A DNA stretch of 64,000 nt from Alphaproteobacteria bacterium (GTDB taxonomy: Bacteria > Pseudomonadota > Alphaproteobacteria > MPNO01 > UBA830): positions 3,424,001 through 3,488,000 of the forward strand of contig OZ251539.1 of NCBI GenBank assembly GCA_965243135.1, in the 5' to 3' direction. Positions 40,705-50,830 of this stretch are shown here, piece after piece. The translations under genes were made by a program, and so were the position numbers. How positions within the stretch are numbered: the stretch's first letter is position 1; each line of letters starts with the position of its first letter. The notes below the pieces were generated by a model, which saw only the letters and a program-made list of their open reading frames with translations, did no database searches and was not told where the DNA came from.

Positions 40705-40733
40705 TTGCAAACGGATCTGCCCTTCCCTATAAA
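40705..40733 (+). promoter_or_regulatory. Sigma70-type promoter of rpmE
   Basis: TTGCAA-N17-TATAAA. Confidence 0.6.
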
Positions 40734-40759
40734 GCCGCAACCTTCGCGGGAGACATGCG

Positions 40760-40984
40760 ATGAAGAAGGACATTCACCCGGACTACCACGAAATCAACGT
40801 GGTGATGACGGACGGCACGACCTACGCGACCCGATCGACATGGGGCGGCGTCGGCGACACGCTGAAACTCGATATCGACCCGAAATCGCACCCGGCCTGG
40901 ACGGGCGGGTCGCAGCGCCTCGTCGACACCGGCGGACAGGTCGCAAAATTCAACAAGCGCTTCCAGAACATCAAACTCGACTGA
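40760..40984 (+). CDS. rpmE: 50S ribosomal protein L31
   Basis: [10 protein letters not shown]...[13 protein letters not shown]. Confidence 0.97.
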   Translation: MKKDIHPDYHEINVVMTDGTTYATRSTWGGVGDTLKLDIDPKSHPAWTGGSQRLVDTGGQVAKFNKRFQNIKLD

Positions 40985-41028
40985 CCGGCGACTCCGGCGA
41001 AGCCGGTCGACGGCGCCGGGCGAAGGCC

Positions 41029-41208
41029 CTACTTCCGGAACAACGTATCGGCGCCCTCGCGGTGCGCCCGCTTTCGCGCGATCTCCGCGCGGACGCGGAC
41101 GATCTCGACTTCCATCTCCCCGATGTAGTCCTCCAGCTCCTCGATGGACATGGGATCGAGATCCCGTTTGGGTTTGGGTTGCCTGAGAGGCAGGTCGTCG
41201 TTTTCCAT
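41029..41208 (-). CDS. DUF1192-like protein
   Basis: DLDPMSIEELEDYIGEMEVEIVR...ADTLFRK; conserved position next to rpmE. Confidence 0.8.
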   Translation of the reverse strand: MENDDLPLRQPKPKRDLDPMSIEELEDYIGEMEVEIVRVRAEIARKRAHREGADTLFRK

Positions 41209-41302
41209 CGCCGGTTCCGCCGTTCGCGGTGCTTGCCAGCGCGCGGCTGGTCGGATACATCTTCGACCGTCCGCAGTTCTTGTCAATGTCGCCTCCGTAG
41301 CC

Positions 41303-42367
41303 ATGTCCATACCCGACGCGATGACGGCGATCGAAATCGCCGAACCGGGCGGACCGGAAACGCTCCGGCCGGCCCGCCGACCGACGCCTCGCCCCGCCGA
41401 AGGCGAAATCCTGGTCCGCGTGGCCGCCGCCGGGGTCAATTTTCCGGACGTGATGCAACGCCGCGGAAGCTACCCTCCGCCGCCCGGCGTGACCGACATA
41501 CCGGGACTCGAACTGGCGGGAACCGTCGTCGAAGCCGCCCGCGGCGCGGACCGGTTCGCGCCGGGCGACAAGGTGTGCGCCCTGGTGGCGGGCGGCGCCT
41601 ACGCCGAATACTGCGCGGTTCCCGCGCCGCAGGCGCTGCCTTTGCCGAACGGCTTCGACATGGTGCGTTCGGCCGCCCTTCCGGAAAATTTCTTCACCGT
41701 CTGGACCAATCTGTTCGACGGCGGACGGCTGGCGCCGGGCGAGAGCATTCTTGTCCATGGCGGTTCCGGCGGCATCGGTTCCGCCGCCATCCAGACCGCG
41801 AAAGCGTTCGGCGCGACCGTTTTCGCAACCGCGCGCAACGACGAGAAATGCCGCGCCTGCGAAAGGATGGGAGCGGACCGCGCGATAAACTACGTGGAGG
41901 CCGACTTCGTCGAGGTCGCGAAAACCGCGAACGGCGGCAAGGGCTGCGACGTGATCCTCGACATGGTCGGCGGCGATTATCTCGCCCGCAACCTCGAGGC
42001 GCTGGCGCCCGAGGGCCGGCTCGTGCAGATCGCCGTCCTGAAGGGCGCAAAGGCGGAGTTGTTCTTGCCGACGATCATGATGAAGCGGCTGACCCTGACC
42101 GGTTCGGTGCTGCGGCCGCGCACCGTCGAACAGAAAGGCGCCATTGCGGAAACCCTGCGCCGAAAGCTCTGGCCCCTGCTGGAGAACGGCGACGTCGCGC
42201 CGATCGTCCACGAAACCTTCCCGCTTGCGCGGGCGGCGGACGCGCACGCGCTCATGGAATCGAGCGCGCACATCGGCAAGATCGTGCTGGAAGTCGAGAA
42301 CGGCCGCGACCGGCCGACGTTCGCGGGATCCGAAGAACCTTTCGAGGGAACGAGGAAAAATGGATAG
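41303..42367 (+). CDS. NAD(P)H-quinone oxidoreductase, PIG3 family
   Basis: AAGVNFPD, GSYPPPPG..DIPGLE, VHGGSGGIG, HIGKIVL. Confidence 0.92.
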   Translation: MSIPDAMTAIEIAEPGGPETLRPARRPTPRPAEGEILVRVAAAGVNFPDVMQRRGSYPPPPGVTDIPGLELAGTVVEAARGADRFAPGDKVCALVAGGAYAEYCAVPAPQALPLPNGFDMVRSAALPENFFTVWTNLFDGGRLAPGESILVHGGSGGIGSAAIQTAKAFGATVFATARNDEKCRACERMGADRAINYVEADFVEVAKTANGGKGCDVILDMVGGDYLARNLEALAPEGRLVQIAVLKGAKAELFLPTIMMKRLTLTGSVLRPRTVEQKGAIAETLRRKLWPLLENGDVAPIVHETFPLARAADAHALMESSAHIGKIVLEVENGRDRPTFAGSEEPFEGTRKNG

Positions 42368-42974
42368 CCAGACCGCCGCCAAACCGCTGATGCCGAAAGC
42401 GACAGCGGTTTGGCTGATCGAAAACACCGCTCTGACCTTCCGGCAGATCGGCGCCTTTTGCGACCTTCACGAACTGGAGGTTCAGAGCATCGCCGACGAA
42501 GAGGTGGCGATCGGCATGGTGGGTTACGACCCGATCGCGAACGGCCAGCTCGCGCGCGAGGAGATTTCGCGCTGCGAGGCGGATCCCGCGGCCCGGCTAT
42601 CGATAGCGGAAGACCGGATTCCGCGTCCGGCCCCCCGCACCAAGGGGCCGCGCTACACCCCGGTCACGCGCCGCGGCGACAAGCCGGACGCGATCGCGTG
42701 GCTGGTCAAGCAATTCCCCGACCTGACCGACGCCCAGATTTCGCGGCTGATCGGCACGACCAAGCAGACGATCCTGAAGATTCGCGAGCGTACGCACTGG
42801 AACATGTCGAACATCACGGCGCGCGATCCCGTGGGACTGGGACTCTGCAACAGGGAGGATCTGGACCGCGAGCTCGCCAGGGCGGGTTACGCGAAGTCGG
42901 CGGACGAGGAGCCGCCGGCGTCGCCGGACGGGACGAGCGAGGCCAGCGAGACGCAGCCTTCCACCAACTGGTAA
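42360..42974 (+). CDS. DUF1013 family protein (TrcR-like regulator)
   Basis: PLMPKATAVWLIENTALTF, KGPRYTP, GTTKQTI..IRERTHWN. Confidence 0.9.
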   Translation: MDSQTAAKPLMPKATAVWLIENTALTFRQIGAFCDLHELEVQSIADEEVAIGMVGYDPIANGQLAREEISRCEADPAARLSIAEDRIPRPAPRTKGPRYTPVTRRGDKPDAIAWLVKQFPDLTDAQISRLIGTTKQTILKIRERTHWNMSNITARDPVGLGLCNREDLDRELARAGYAKSADEEPPASPDGTSEASETQPSTNW

Positions 42975-43113
42975 AGTCGCGCCGCGCTTTCGAACGGCGC
43001 AGCGCCGGACGAAACCGCCGTCGGCGTCGAGCGCCGCCGCATATTGAAACGAAAAACCGGCAACCCCGCCCGCGCCGGACCGGCGCCTTCGTCGGAGGGA
43101 ACCGGCCGACTGG

Positions 43114-43275
43114 TCAGGCGTGTTCGAGACGCGCGATCTGATCCTTTATCTTGAGCTTTTGCTTCTTGATGTTCGCGACAACGGTCTGATCGGGAAATGG
43201 CTTGCTCGCTTCCGCGTCCAGCAACTGTTCGAGTTCCGCGTGCCGCGCCTTGAGTCCCTCGATCTCGGTGCTCAT
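43114..43275 (-). CDS. DUF465/YdcH family protein
   Basis: LKARHAELE...IKKQKLKIKDQI. Confidence 0.85.
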   Translation of the reverse strand: MSTEIEGLKARHAELEQLLDAEASKPFPDQTVVANIKKQKLKIKDQIARLEHA

Positions 43276-43363
43276 TTCAGGAGCCCTCCATGTGTCGTGA
43301 CCGTCGAATGTATGACGCAGCGCCGCCCGCCACAACCCGACGGACCGTTTCCCGCGCCGTCCG

Positions 43364-43915
43364 TCATAACTCCGCGCACAGGCCGTCGATCTCGCCGGGC
43401 GCCGCTTCGGGAAAGGCGACTCGCAGCACGACGCCGAGATGGTTCCGGTCTTCGTCCGAGACCGTTATGCCCAACGCTCCGAAATAGCGCCCGACATTCG
43501 CCGCCGCGTCGGCCGCTTCCGTGCCGCGGCTCGCGTCCGCTTCCCGCTCGACCGCGGCGGCCAGCATGAGTTGCTCGGTGTGCTCGCAGTCGATCTCTAT
43601 CTTCTGAATCCGTCGGCGCAGCGATTCGGCGAGCGCATCGGGAGCCGGCGGCAGGCCGCCCTTCATCCGCGTCCGGACGGCGCGCAGGGGCCGGACGACC
43701 GAGTCGTGCCATGCGCCAACCGCCCCCCTTGCCTCGGCCAATTCCGAATCCGTCATGACGCCGCGCCCCGACGCCCCGAGCCAGATGCAGAACAGCACCA
43801 CGTTCACGTCGATCTGATGGATTTCCTGCAACGCCAGGCAAGCCGCGCCGACGCCGTCCGACATGTAGACCTTCAGCGAATAGTCCCAGAACGGGTGGTC
43901 GGGAAACTCCGTCAC
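43364..43915 (-). CDS. TIGR02444 family protein
   Basis: FWDYSLKVY...CLALQE..IDVNVVLFCIW...VVRPLRAVR. Confidence 0.85.
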   Translation of the reverse strand: MTEFPDHPFWDYSLKVYMSDGVGAACLALQEIHQIDVNVVLFCIWLGASGRGVMTDSELAEARGAVGAWHDSVVRPLRAVRTRMKGGLPPAPDALAESLRRRIQKIEIDCEHTEQLMLAAAVEREADASRGTEAADAAANVGRYFGALGITVSDEDRNHLGVVLRVAFPEAAPGEIDGLCAEL

Positions 43916-43941
43916 CGTCTTTCCTCTCCGTCAGTTCGCCG

Positions 43942-45030
43942 TCAGCGTCCGCCCATATAGATTCCCAGCCCGCGCGCCGTAGCGACCAGCGTTCCCCGCG
44001 GATCCACCAGCGGATGAGAGTCCAGCGCCTCCCGCAAGGGCACGTCGATGCATGCGCGGTTGGACCATGCGACCATCCGGTCGAAGCGGCCCTTGGCCAC
44101 CAGATCGACGGCATGCACGCCGAACGCGGAGGCGAACAACCGGTCCCGCGGCGACGGGGCGCCCCCGCGCTGCACGTAGCCGAGAACGGTCACGCGCGAC
44201 GTGATCCCGGTGGTCTTCTGGACGAGTTCGCTGACCTGATGCCCGATGCCCCCGTAATCGACGGCGCCGCTGCTGCGGGTCCGAACCACGGCGGAGCCGT
44301 CGGGCAAGCGGGCGGCCTCGGCCACCATCACCAGGGCGAAGTTGCGACCGGCATTGCGGACCTCTTCGATCTTTCTGGCGAGCCCTTCGGCCGTCCAGTC
44401 GATTTCGGGAATCAGAATCGCGTCCGCGCCGCCGGAAATCCCCGCCGACAGCGCGATGTGCCCCGCGCCCCGGCCCATCACTTCGAGAATCATCACCCTG
44501 TCGTGGCTCGCCGCCGTCGGCTGCAGCCGGTCGAGCGCCTCGGTGGCGACGTCGACGGCCGTGATGTAACCGACGGAGTTCTCCGTAATCCCGACATCGT
44601 TGTCGATCGTCTTGGGAATGGCCACGAATTTCCAGTCGCCCTGCCGGGCGAGCCGCTGGAGGATCGCCAGGCTGCCGTCTCCGCCGATGCCGATCAACGC
44701 GTCGAGGCCGAGTTCGCGGTAACCTTCGATGAACTCGTCCGACCGGTCCAGCAGCGTGCCGTCGGGCATGGGATAGGAGAACGGGTTGCCCTCGTTGACG
44801 GTGCCGAGGATCGTGCCGCCCATGCGAAGGATGCTGCCGGTGAACATCTCCACCGTCAATTCCTTGCAGTCGACCGGGCGCGCCATCAGGCCGTGCGTTC
44901 CCTGCCTGATGCCCAGCACGCGCCAGCCGTAGCCGCCCGCCGCGCGCAAGACGATGGCGCGGATGACCGCGTTCAGCCCGGCGCAGTCGCCGCCGCTGGT
45001 GAGCACGCCGATTTTCCTGATTTCCGACAT
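43942..45030 (-). CDS. pfkA: 6-phosphofructokinase (PfkA family)
   Basis: LTSGGDCAGLN, GGDGS, PKTIDND, EVMGR, LGYVQRGG. Confidence 0.93.
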   Translation of the reverse strand: MSEIRKIGVLTSGGDCAGLNAVIRAIVLRAAGGYGWRVLGIRQGTHGLMARPVDCKELTVEMFTGSILRMGGTILGTVNEGNPFSYPMPDGTLLDRSDEFIEGYRELGLDALIGIGGDGSLAILQRLARQGDWKFVAIPKTIDNDVGITENSVGYITAVDVATEALDRLQPTAASHDRVMILEVMGRGAGHIALSAGISGGADAILIPEIDWTAEGLARKIEEVRNAGRNFALVMVAEAARLPDGSAVVRTRSSGAVDYGGIGHQVSELVQKTTGITSRVTVLGYVQRGGAPSPRDRLFASAFGVHAVDLVAKGRFDRMVAWSNRACIDVPLREALDSHPLVDPRGTLVATARGLGIYMGGR

Positions 45031-45111
45031 GACCTGCGTTGCTTGATGGCCTAGCGAAGCGATATCTGCAACAATATGCGAAAGCGGGGCGAAATGAAAC
45101 GGTGCAGCGCC

Positions 45112-45312
45112 ATGAGCGAAGAGGAGGTTCTCCGCCGCAGGCTGAAGGAACTCGAGGTCGAGCACAGGGATCTCGACGACATAATCGCTCGCCTCACCGA
45201 AAAGGCACCTTACGATCAACTTCAACTGCAGCGCCTGAAAAAGCGCAAGCTCGCCTTGAAGGACCATATCTCGCTGATCGAGGATCAGCTTTATCCCGAC
45301 ATAATCGCGTAG
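45112..45312 (+). CDS. DUF465/YdcH family protein
   Basis: EHRDLDDII...[13 protein letters not shown]...PDIIA. Confidence 0.9.
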   Translation: MSEEEVLRRRLKELEVEHRDLDDIIARLTEKAPYDQLQLQRLKKRKLALKDHISLIEDQLYPDIIA

Positions 45313-45362
45313 AGCCGGACGCGAACGACGATGCCGAACGGCCGGGGCTTCAGGAAGTAGCC

Positions 45363-45875
45363 ATGCAGGAACGCGGCTCCGCGGCGGAACGGACGCCGCT
45401 CGCGAGCGTCGTCATGGGCAGCCGGTCGGACTGGCCGACGATGAAGAACGCGGCCGACGTCCTGACCTCCCTCGACGTCGTTCACGAGACGCGCATCGTC
45501 TCCGCGCACCGCACGCCCGACCGCCTCTACGATTACGCCAGAACCGCCGCCGGGCGCGGTCTCAAGGTGATCGTGGCGGGCGCCGGCGGCGCGGCCCATC
45601 TTCCCGGAATGATCGCCTCGATGACGCCGTTGCCCGTTCTCGGCGTGCCCGTCCAAACCAAGGCGCTGAACGGCATGGACAGCCTTCTCTCGATCGCGCA
45701 GATGCCGGCCGGCGTTCCGGTCGGAACGCTGGCCATCGGCCCGGCCGGGGCCACGAACGCGGCATTGCTCGCGGCGTCCATAATCGCGCTCGGGGACGAT
45801 GCGCTGATGGCGCGCCTCGTCGCCTGGCGGGACGACCGGACGGCCGGCGTTCCGGAACTGCCGGTTGGCCGTTGA
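45363..45875 (+). CDS. purE: N5-CAIR mutase
   Basis: [24 protein letters not shown]. Confidence 0.97.
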   Translation: MQERGSAAERTPLASVVMGSRSDWPTMKNAADVLTSLDVVHETRIVSAHRTPDRLYDYARTAAGRGLKVIVAGAGGAAHLPGMIASMTPLPVLGVPVQTKALNGMDSLLSIAQMPAGVPVGTLAIGPAGATNAALLAASIIALGDDALMARLVAWRDDRTAGVPELPVGR

Positions 45876-46972
45876 CGCCCGACCGCCCTCTCCCTCCCGG
45901 CTCCGTCGTCGGAATCGTCGGGGGCGGCCAACTCGGCCGGATGACGGCGATCGCCGCCGCGAAACTCGGCTACCGCTGCCACGTCCTCGACCCCGACGCC
46001 CGCGCGCCCGCCGCCGAGGTGGCGGCGTCGGCGACGACCGCGCCATACGAAGACCTGGACGCCGCGCGGAACTTCGCCGCTTCGGTCGACGTCGCGACCT
46101 TCGAATTCGAGAACGTTCCTCTCGAAACGCTCGCCGCCGTCGGGGAGAGCGCTCCCGTGCGTCCTTCCGTCGAAGCCCTGCGCGTCTCGCAGGACCGCGC
46201 CGTCGAAAAGGCGTTCGTCAACGGCCTCGGAATCGCCACCGCGGAATGGGCCGAAATACGTTCCGCGGACGATCTCGAAGCGGCCGCCGGGCGCATCGGG
46301 TTGCCCGCGATTCTCAAGACCGCCCGCTTCGGCTACGACGGCAAGGGCCAAACGCGCATCGACGGCCTCCGCGACCTCGCGCAGGCGTTGCGGACCGCCG
46401 GCGAAGCGAGAACCGTCCTCGAGGGCGCGGTCGCCTTCGAGCGCGAAATCTCCGTGACCGTGGCCCGCGGCCTCGAAGGCGAGACCGCCGCCTACGTCCC
46501 GGTCGAAAACCTTCATCGCGACGGAATCCTGCGCGTCACGACGGCGCCCGCGGCGATCGCGGATCCGCTCGCCGACGAGGCCGTCGGCATCGCTCGCCGG
46601 CTGGCGGCCGGACTCGACCTGTTCGGCTTGCTGACCGTGGAAATGTTCGTCACGCTCGCGGGAGACGTTCTGGTGAACGAAATCGCGCCGCGGCCGCACA
46701 ATTCCGGCCATTGGACCGTCGACGCCTGCGCGATCGGCCAATTCGAGCAACTGGTCCGCGCCGTAACCGGCCTTCCCCTGGGCGATCCCGCGCGGCACTC
46801 GGACGCGGTCATGACGAACCTGATCGGCGAGGACGCGAACGCATGGGCGGACGTCGCCGCGGAACCGGGCGCTTGCCTGCATCTTTACGGCAAGGCGGAG
46901 ACGCGGCCCGGACGGAAGATGGGCCACGTCACGCGCCTGACTCCCGTGCGGGAGCCCGCGGCCGCCGCTTGA
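45872..46972 (+). CDS. purK: N5-CAIR synthetase
   Basis: [40 protein letters not shown]. Confidence 0.97.
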   Translation: MTPDRPLPPGSVVGIVGGGQLGRMTAIAAAKLGYRCHVLDPDARAPAAEVAASATTAPYEDLDAARNFAASVDVATFEFENVPLETLAAVGESAPVRPSVEALRVSQDRAVEKAFVNGLGIATAEWAEIRSADDLEAAAGRIGLPAILKTARFGYDGKGQTRIDGLRDLAQALRTAGEARTVLEGAVAFEREISVTVARGLEGETAAYVPVENLHRDGILRVTTAPAAIADPLADEAVGIARRLAAGLDLFGLLTVEMFVTLAGDVLVNEIAPRPHNSGHWTVDACAIGQFEQLVRAVTGLPLGDPARHSDAVMTNLIGEDANAWADVAAEPGACLHLYGKAETRPGRKMGHVTRLTPVREPAAAA

Positions 46973-47170
46973 CGCCGGCTCCGCCGACGCGGCGCGCGCG
47001 TTCGGAAACGCCGCTCGGCCGGGCGACGCTCTCCCCTTCGGCGCGAGCGGCCCGAAGCCCGGCGCGTCCCTGTCCGCGCGTCGCGGATTTTCGTCGAAAG
47101 AACGGGTTTCGGCGACCGGTTCGGAGGCGCCGCCGGCAGGTCCCCGGCCGCGTTCCCGCCAACCGCGGCC

Positions 47171-47824
47171 TCAGGTCCGGCTCCGCCGCGGGCTTCCGTA
47201 ACGGTCGCGGGCGACCTCCCGCAGAACGCGCAACGGGCCGAACGCCGCCCTGCCGACGCGCTCCAACCCGCCGCGCGCCTGTTGAATCCGCATCGCGTCC
47301 CGTAGCCGCCGATCGAGAAAGGCGCGGGTTTCCGCCCGGTCCGCGCTTCCGTCGTCCAGCCAGAAAAGCGTCGTCGACGCGACGACCGCCGCCAGCGACG
47401 CGCGGCGGGTGTAGAACGAAAAATCCGCCGACCGGTCGCCCGCCGCATGCCATATGTCGTCGACCGTGCGATACAGCAAACGCGCGCCGAGCGGCGCGTT
47501 GCGCGGCATCGCGAGAAACGAAAGCCCGCGGCGGACCGCCTCGCGATGCGGATCGAGCGCGGCCAGCCTGGCGTCGACCGCGAACGCGACGCGGCGACGC
47601 GTTCCCTGAACGTCGGCGGTCTCCAGCGCCGCGACCATTTGCCGGTCGGCGCGCCGGGAAAAACAGGCCAGCGCCTCGCGCGGCCCGCCGGGAAACAGCA
47701 ATTCCGCCGGCTTTTCGCCGAGGTCGCCTTCCCCCGCCCGCAAAGCCGTTTCCGACCATCCGTCGAACGGCACGTGGACGAGCATCGCGTCGAGCAGCCG
47801 GTCGCGCTCCCCCTCCCGATTCAC
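47171..47824 (-). CDS. COQ9 family protein
   Basis: HVPFDGWS, VDDIWHAAGDRSADFSFYTRR, FLDRR. Confidence 0.9.
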   Translation of the reverse strand: MNREGERDRLLDAMLVHVPFDGWSETALRAGEGDLGEKPAELLFPGGPREALACFSRRADRQMVAALETADVQGTRRRVAFAVDARLAALDPHREAVRRGLSFLAMPRNAPLGARLLYRTVDDIWHAAGDRSADFSFYTRRASLAAVVASTTLFWLDDGSADRAETRAFLDRRLRDAMRIQQARGGLERVGRAAFGPLRVLREVARDRYGSPRRSRT

Positions 47825-48372
47825 GTCGCGGCCTCCCGGCCCTTGAGCGCCTGCATGAACCGCTCCAGTTCCTCGTTGAAGCTCAAGAGCGACAGGTCGG
47901 TCATGCGCATGGGAAACAAAACGCCGTCGAGATGGTCGATCTCGTGCTGCACGACGCGGGCATGAAAATTCGTCGCCTCGCGTTCGATCGGCCGTCCGTC
48001 GGGCAGGCGGCCGCGATAGACGATGCGGGCGTGGCGGGGAACGGCGCCCGTGATCCCGGGTATCGACAGGCACCCCTCCCAGCCGAGCGCCACGTCGTCG
48101 CCCAGCGGTTCGAACTCCGGATTGACCAGCGCCGTGAGCGGCGCGAAATCGGTTTCCGGAGCGCCGTCCCGGCCGCGCTCGCGAGGCGCCTTGAAAACGA
48201 TCGCGCGCTTGCTTTGGTGGACTTGGGGAGCGGCGAGGCCGACGCCGTTCGCGTCCTCCATCGTTTCCGCCATGTCCTCGACCAGTTTGCCGACGTCCGC
48301 CGGGTCGGCGACCGGGTCGGCGATCCGCAGGAGCACCGGACGGCCCATGCGGGCGATGTTGAGAAGCGCCAT
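47821..48372 (-). CDS. def: Peptide deformylase
   Basis: GVGLAAPQ, EGCLS, QHEIDHLDG. Confidence 0.96.
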   Translation of the reverse strand: MALLNIARMGRPVLLRIADPVADPADVGKLVEDMAETMEDANGVGLAAPQVHQSKRAIVFKAPRERGRDGAPETDFAPLTALVNPEFEPLGDDVALGWEGCLSIPGITGAVPRHARIVYRGRLPDGRPIEREATNFHARVVQHEIDHLDGVLFPMRMTDLSLLSFNEELERFMQALKGREAAT

Positions 48373-48507
48373 GTCGTCCTCCCGGCGTCCGCGTCGTTCG
48401 CGGCGCGCCCGTGAAATACGACGCCCCGAAGCGCGGAACAAGCGCGGCTGCGCGAAGCCGCGGCCTCCCCGTCCTCGCGCGCCTCCTCGCCCCTTCCGGC
48501 AGGCCTC

Positions 48508-48536
48508 TTGGATCTCTCGCACGGCCGTGCTATACG
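48508..48536 (+). promoter_or_regulatory. Putative rpsU promoter
   Basis: TTGGAT-N17-TATACG with a TG extension. Confidence 0.45.
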
Positions 48537-48591
48537 GCCGTCGTCTCGTCGGCTTGAAGGGCCGACGCCGTTTTCGGAGGATGAACCGCAG

Positions 48592-48795
48592 GTGGAAGTT
48601 ACCGTACGCGACAACGATGTCGATCAGGCGCTTCGCGCGCTCAAGAAAAAAATGCAGCGCGAAGGAATTTTCAGGGAAATGAAAATGCGCCGTTCCTATG
48701 AAAAACCCTCGGAACGACGCGCCCGGGAAAGGGCGGAGGCCATCCGCCGGGCCCGAAAGCTGGAACGCAAACGGCTGGAACGCGAAGGCTTCTGA
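48592..48795 (+). CDS. rpsU: 30S ribosomal protein S21
   Basis: [27 protein letters not shown]; GGAGG RBS. Confidence 0.97.
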   Translation: MEVTVRDNDVDQALRALKKKMQREGIFREMKMRRSYEKPSERRARERAEAIRRARKLERKRLEREGF

Positions 48796-48886
48796 TCCCT
48801 GCGCGGCCGGTTCGAAGAAAGGCCGCGCGGCGGAACGCCCGCGGGGGATTGCCGTCCGCGCTTCGTTCGGTCATTCTTTTCGAACC

Positions 48887-49513
48887 ATGGACAATCCCGA
48901 TCCGGTTCGAGACCTGCTGTTGGTCATCGACGTTCAGAACGACTTCTGTCCCGGCGGCGCGCTCGCGGTCGCCGAGGGCGATCTGGTGGTTCCGGCCGTC
49001 AACGCGCTGGCGCGGCGTTTCGAGCATGTCGCGTTCACCCAGGACTGGCACCCCGAAGGCCACCTTTCCTTCGCGAGCAGCCACGCGGGCCGCCAGCCGC
49101 TCGAAACGATCGAAACGGACTACGGCCGGCAGGTGCTGTGGCCGGATCACTGCGTGCAGGGAACGAAAGGCGCCGCGTTCCATCCCGGCCTCGACCGGCG
49201 GCGTGCCGAACTCGTCGTCCGCAAGGGGTTTCGCCGCGAAATCGATTCCTATTCCGCCTTTTACGAGAACGACCGCAGCACGCCCACCGGCCTTGCCGGA
49301 TACCTGCGCGAACGCGGTTTCAGGCGGCTTTTCCTTGCCGGCCTGGCCACCGACTTCTGCGTCGCCTGGTCAGCCATCGACTCGCGGAAGGAGGGCTTCG
49401 ACGCCGTGCTGGTCGAGGACGCCTGCCGCGCCATCGACATGGACGGGTCGCTCGACGACGCGCTTGCGCGCATGAAGTCGGCGGGGGTCGAAATCGCCCG
49501 CGCCGGAGCCTGA
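48887..49513 (+). CDS. pncA: Nicotinamidase/pyrazinamidase
   Basis: IDVQNDFCPGG, QDWHP, WPDHCVQG, DSYSAF, GLATDFCV. Confidence 0.95.
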   Translation: MDNPDPVRDLLLVIDVQNDFCPGGALAVAEGDLVVPAVNALARRFEHVAFTQDWHPEGHLSFASSHAGRQPLETIETDYGRQVLWPDHCVQGTKGAAFHPGLDRRRAELVVRKGFRREIDSYSAFYENDRSTPTGLAGYLRERGFRRLFLAGLATDFCVAWSAIDSRKEGFDAVLVEDACRAIDMDGSLDDALARMKSAGVEIARAGA

Positions 49514-49544
49514 CGCCGTTGCCTTTCGCGAACCGGCATCCGCC

Positions 49545-50624
49545 GTGACCCTGGTCCTTTCCAACGAGGAGATCGACGAACTCCTGCGAATGGACGAGTT
49601 GATCCAGATCCTCGAGGATGCGTACCGCGAACTGGCGGAGGGACGCGGCGGTAATCGCTTGCGGTCGGACATCGTGACTCCGACGACGTTGCGCGACGAC
49701 GGACTCTACGCCCTCAAGTCGATGGACGGAGTCGTTCCGAAGTTCGGCGTCGGCGCCGTCCGCATCAATTCCGACATTCTGACTTTCCCGCGGAGCGGCA
49801 ACGAGATGCGGCGCGTCAAGGTGCCGGCCGCTCCCGGCGGCCGGTACGTCGGCCTGGTCTTGCTGTTCAGCGTCCACAACGGGGAACCGCTGGCCATCAT
49901 GCCGGACGGAGTCATGCAACGGGCGCGGGTCGGCGCGACCAACGCGATCGCGGCGAAATACCTCGCGCGCGAGAACGCGGACACCCTCGCCGTGATCGGC
50001 TCGGGCTGGCAGGCGGGCGCGCAGGTGACCGCGCACGACGCCGTGCGCGATCTCGCGGACATCCGCGTCTACAGCCCCGACCGGGGACGCCGGGAGACCT
50101 TCGCGGCCGAAATGTCGGAAACCGTCGGCAAAGAGGTTCGTCCGTGCGAGAGCGCCGAAGAAGCCTGCCGGGGAGCGGGCATCGTCGCCTGCGCGACCAA
50201 TTCGGCGATGCCTGTCTTCATGCGGGACTGGATCGAGCCCGGCATGCATATCGGCACTGTCCGCCCCGGCGCGACCGAGATCGAACGGGCCGCCCGCGAG
50301 CGCATCGACCTGTTCGCGCTGCTCGATCACGACGACAACGCCGAACTGATCTATACGCATGGCGTGCAGGTGGGAGAGGACAAGGTCGGCAGCTACGGCG
50401 TCGAGCACGACGCTTGGCACGCTTCGCTGCCGTCGTTGCCGCAGATCGTCGCCGGCCGGCGCGAAAGGCGGACGGACGACGGCCAGGTTACCTGTTTTCT
50501 CAACAACCTCGGCATGGGATACCAGTTCGCCGCCGCCGGCTATCTGGTCCACCGCAAGGCGAAGAAAGCCGGCGTCGGAAACGAGCTTCCCACCGACTGG
50601 TTCACCGAGACGGTTCACCCCTGA
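49545..50624 (+). CDS. Ornithine cyclodeaminase/mu-crystallin family protein
   Basis: RVGATNAIAAKYLARE, VIGSGWQA, ACATNS, NNLGMGYQFAA. Confidence 0.88.
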   Translation: MTLVLSNEEIDELLRMDELIQILEDAYRELAEGRGGNRLRSDIVTPTTLRDDGLYALKSMDGVVPKFGVGAVRINSDILTFPRSGNEMRRVKVPAAPGGRYVGLVLLFSVHNGEPLAIMPDGVMQRARVGATNAIAAKYLARENADTLAVIGSGWQAGAQVTAHDAVRDLADIRVYSPDRGRRETFAAEMSETVGKEVRPCESAEEACRGAGIVACATNSAMPVFMRDWIEPGMHIGTVRPGATEIERAARERIDLFALLDHDDNAELIYTHGVQVGEDKVGSYGVEHDAWHASLPSLPQIVAGRRERRTDDGQVTCFLNNLGMGYQFAAAGYLVHRKAKKAGVGNELPTDWFTETVHP

Positions 50625-50830
50625 CGCCGCTTCTCCCGGCGGTTCGCCGCGCTGCGGCGCGGAACGCCGCGCGCGGAAAAACGCCGTATCGCCCGCGCAG
50701 GTCGGAACGAGGCGCGATGCCACGGAGTTCGGCGGATAGACCGGACCGCGCGGCGGCGACGGCGCTCGTTTGCGCATCTCCGAAACCTCATTAACATGCG
50801 CTGTCGCTTATGACGAAAGGGAGAGAAACT

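Noticed and set aside
31200-40720. Functional BREX system or active integrative element
   Set aside because: brxF and brxC are reduced to a remnant, pglZ is broken, brxHII and brxA are absent, and no integrase, tRNA or flanking direct repeats were seen.
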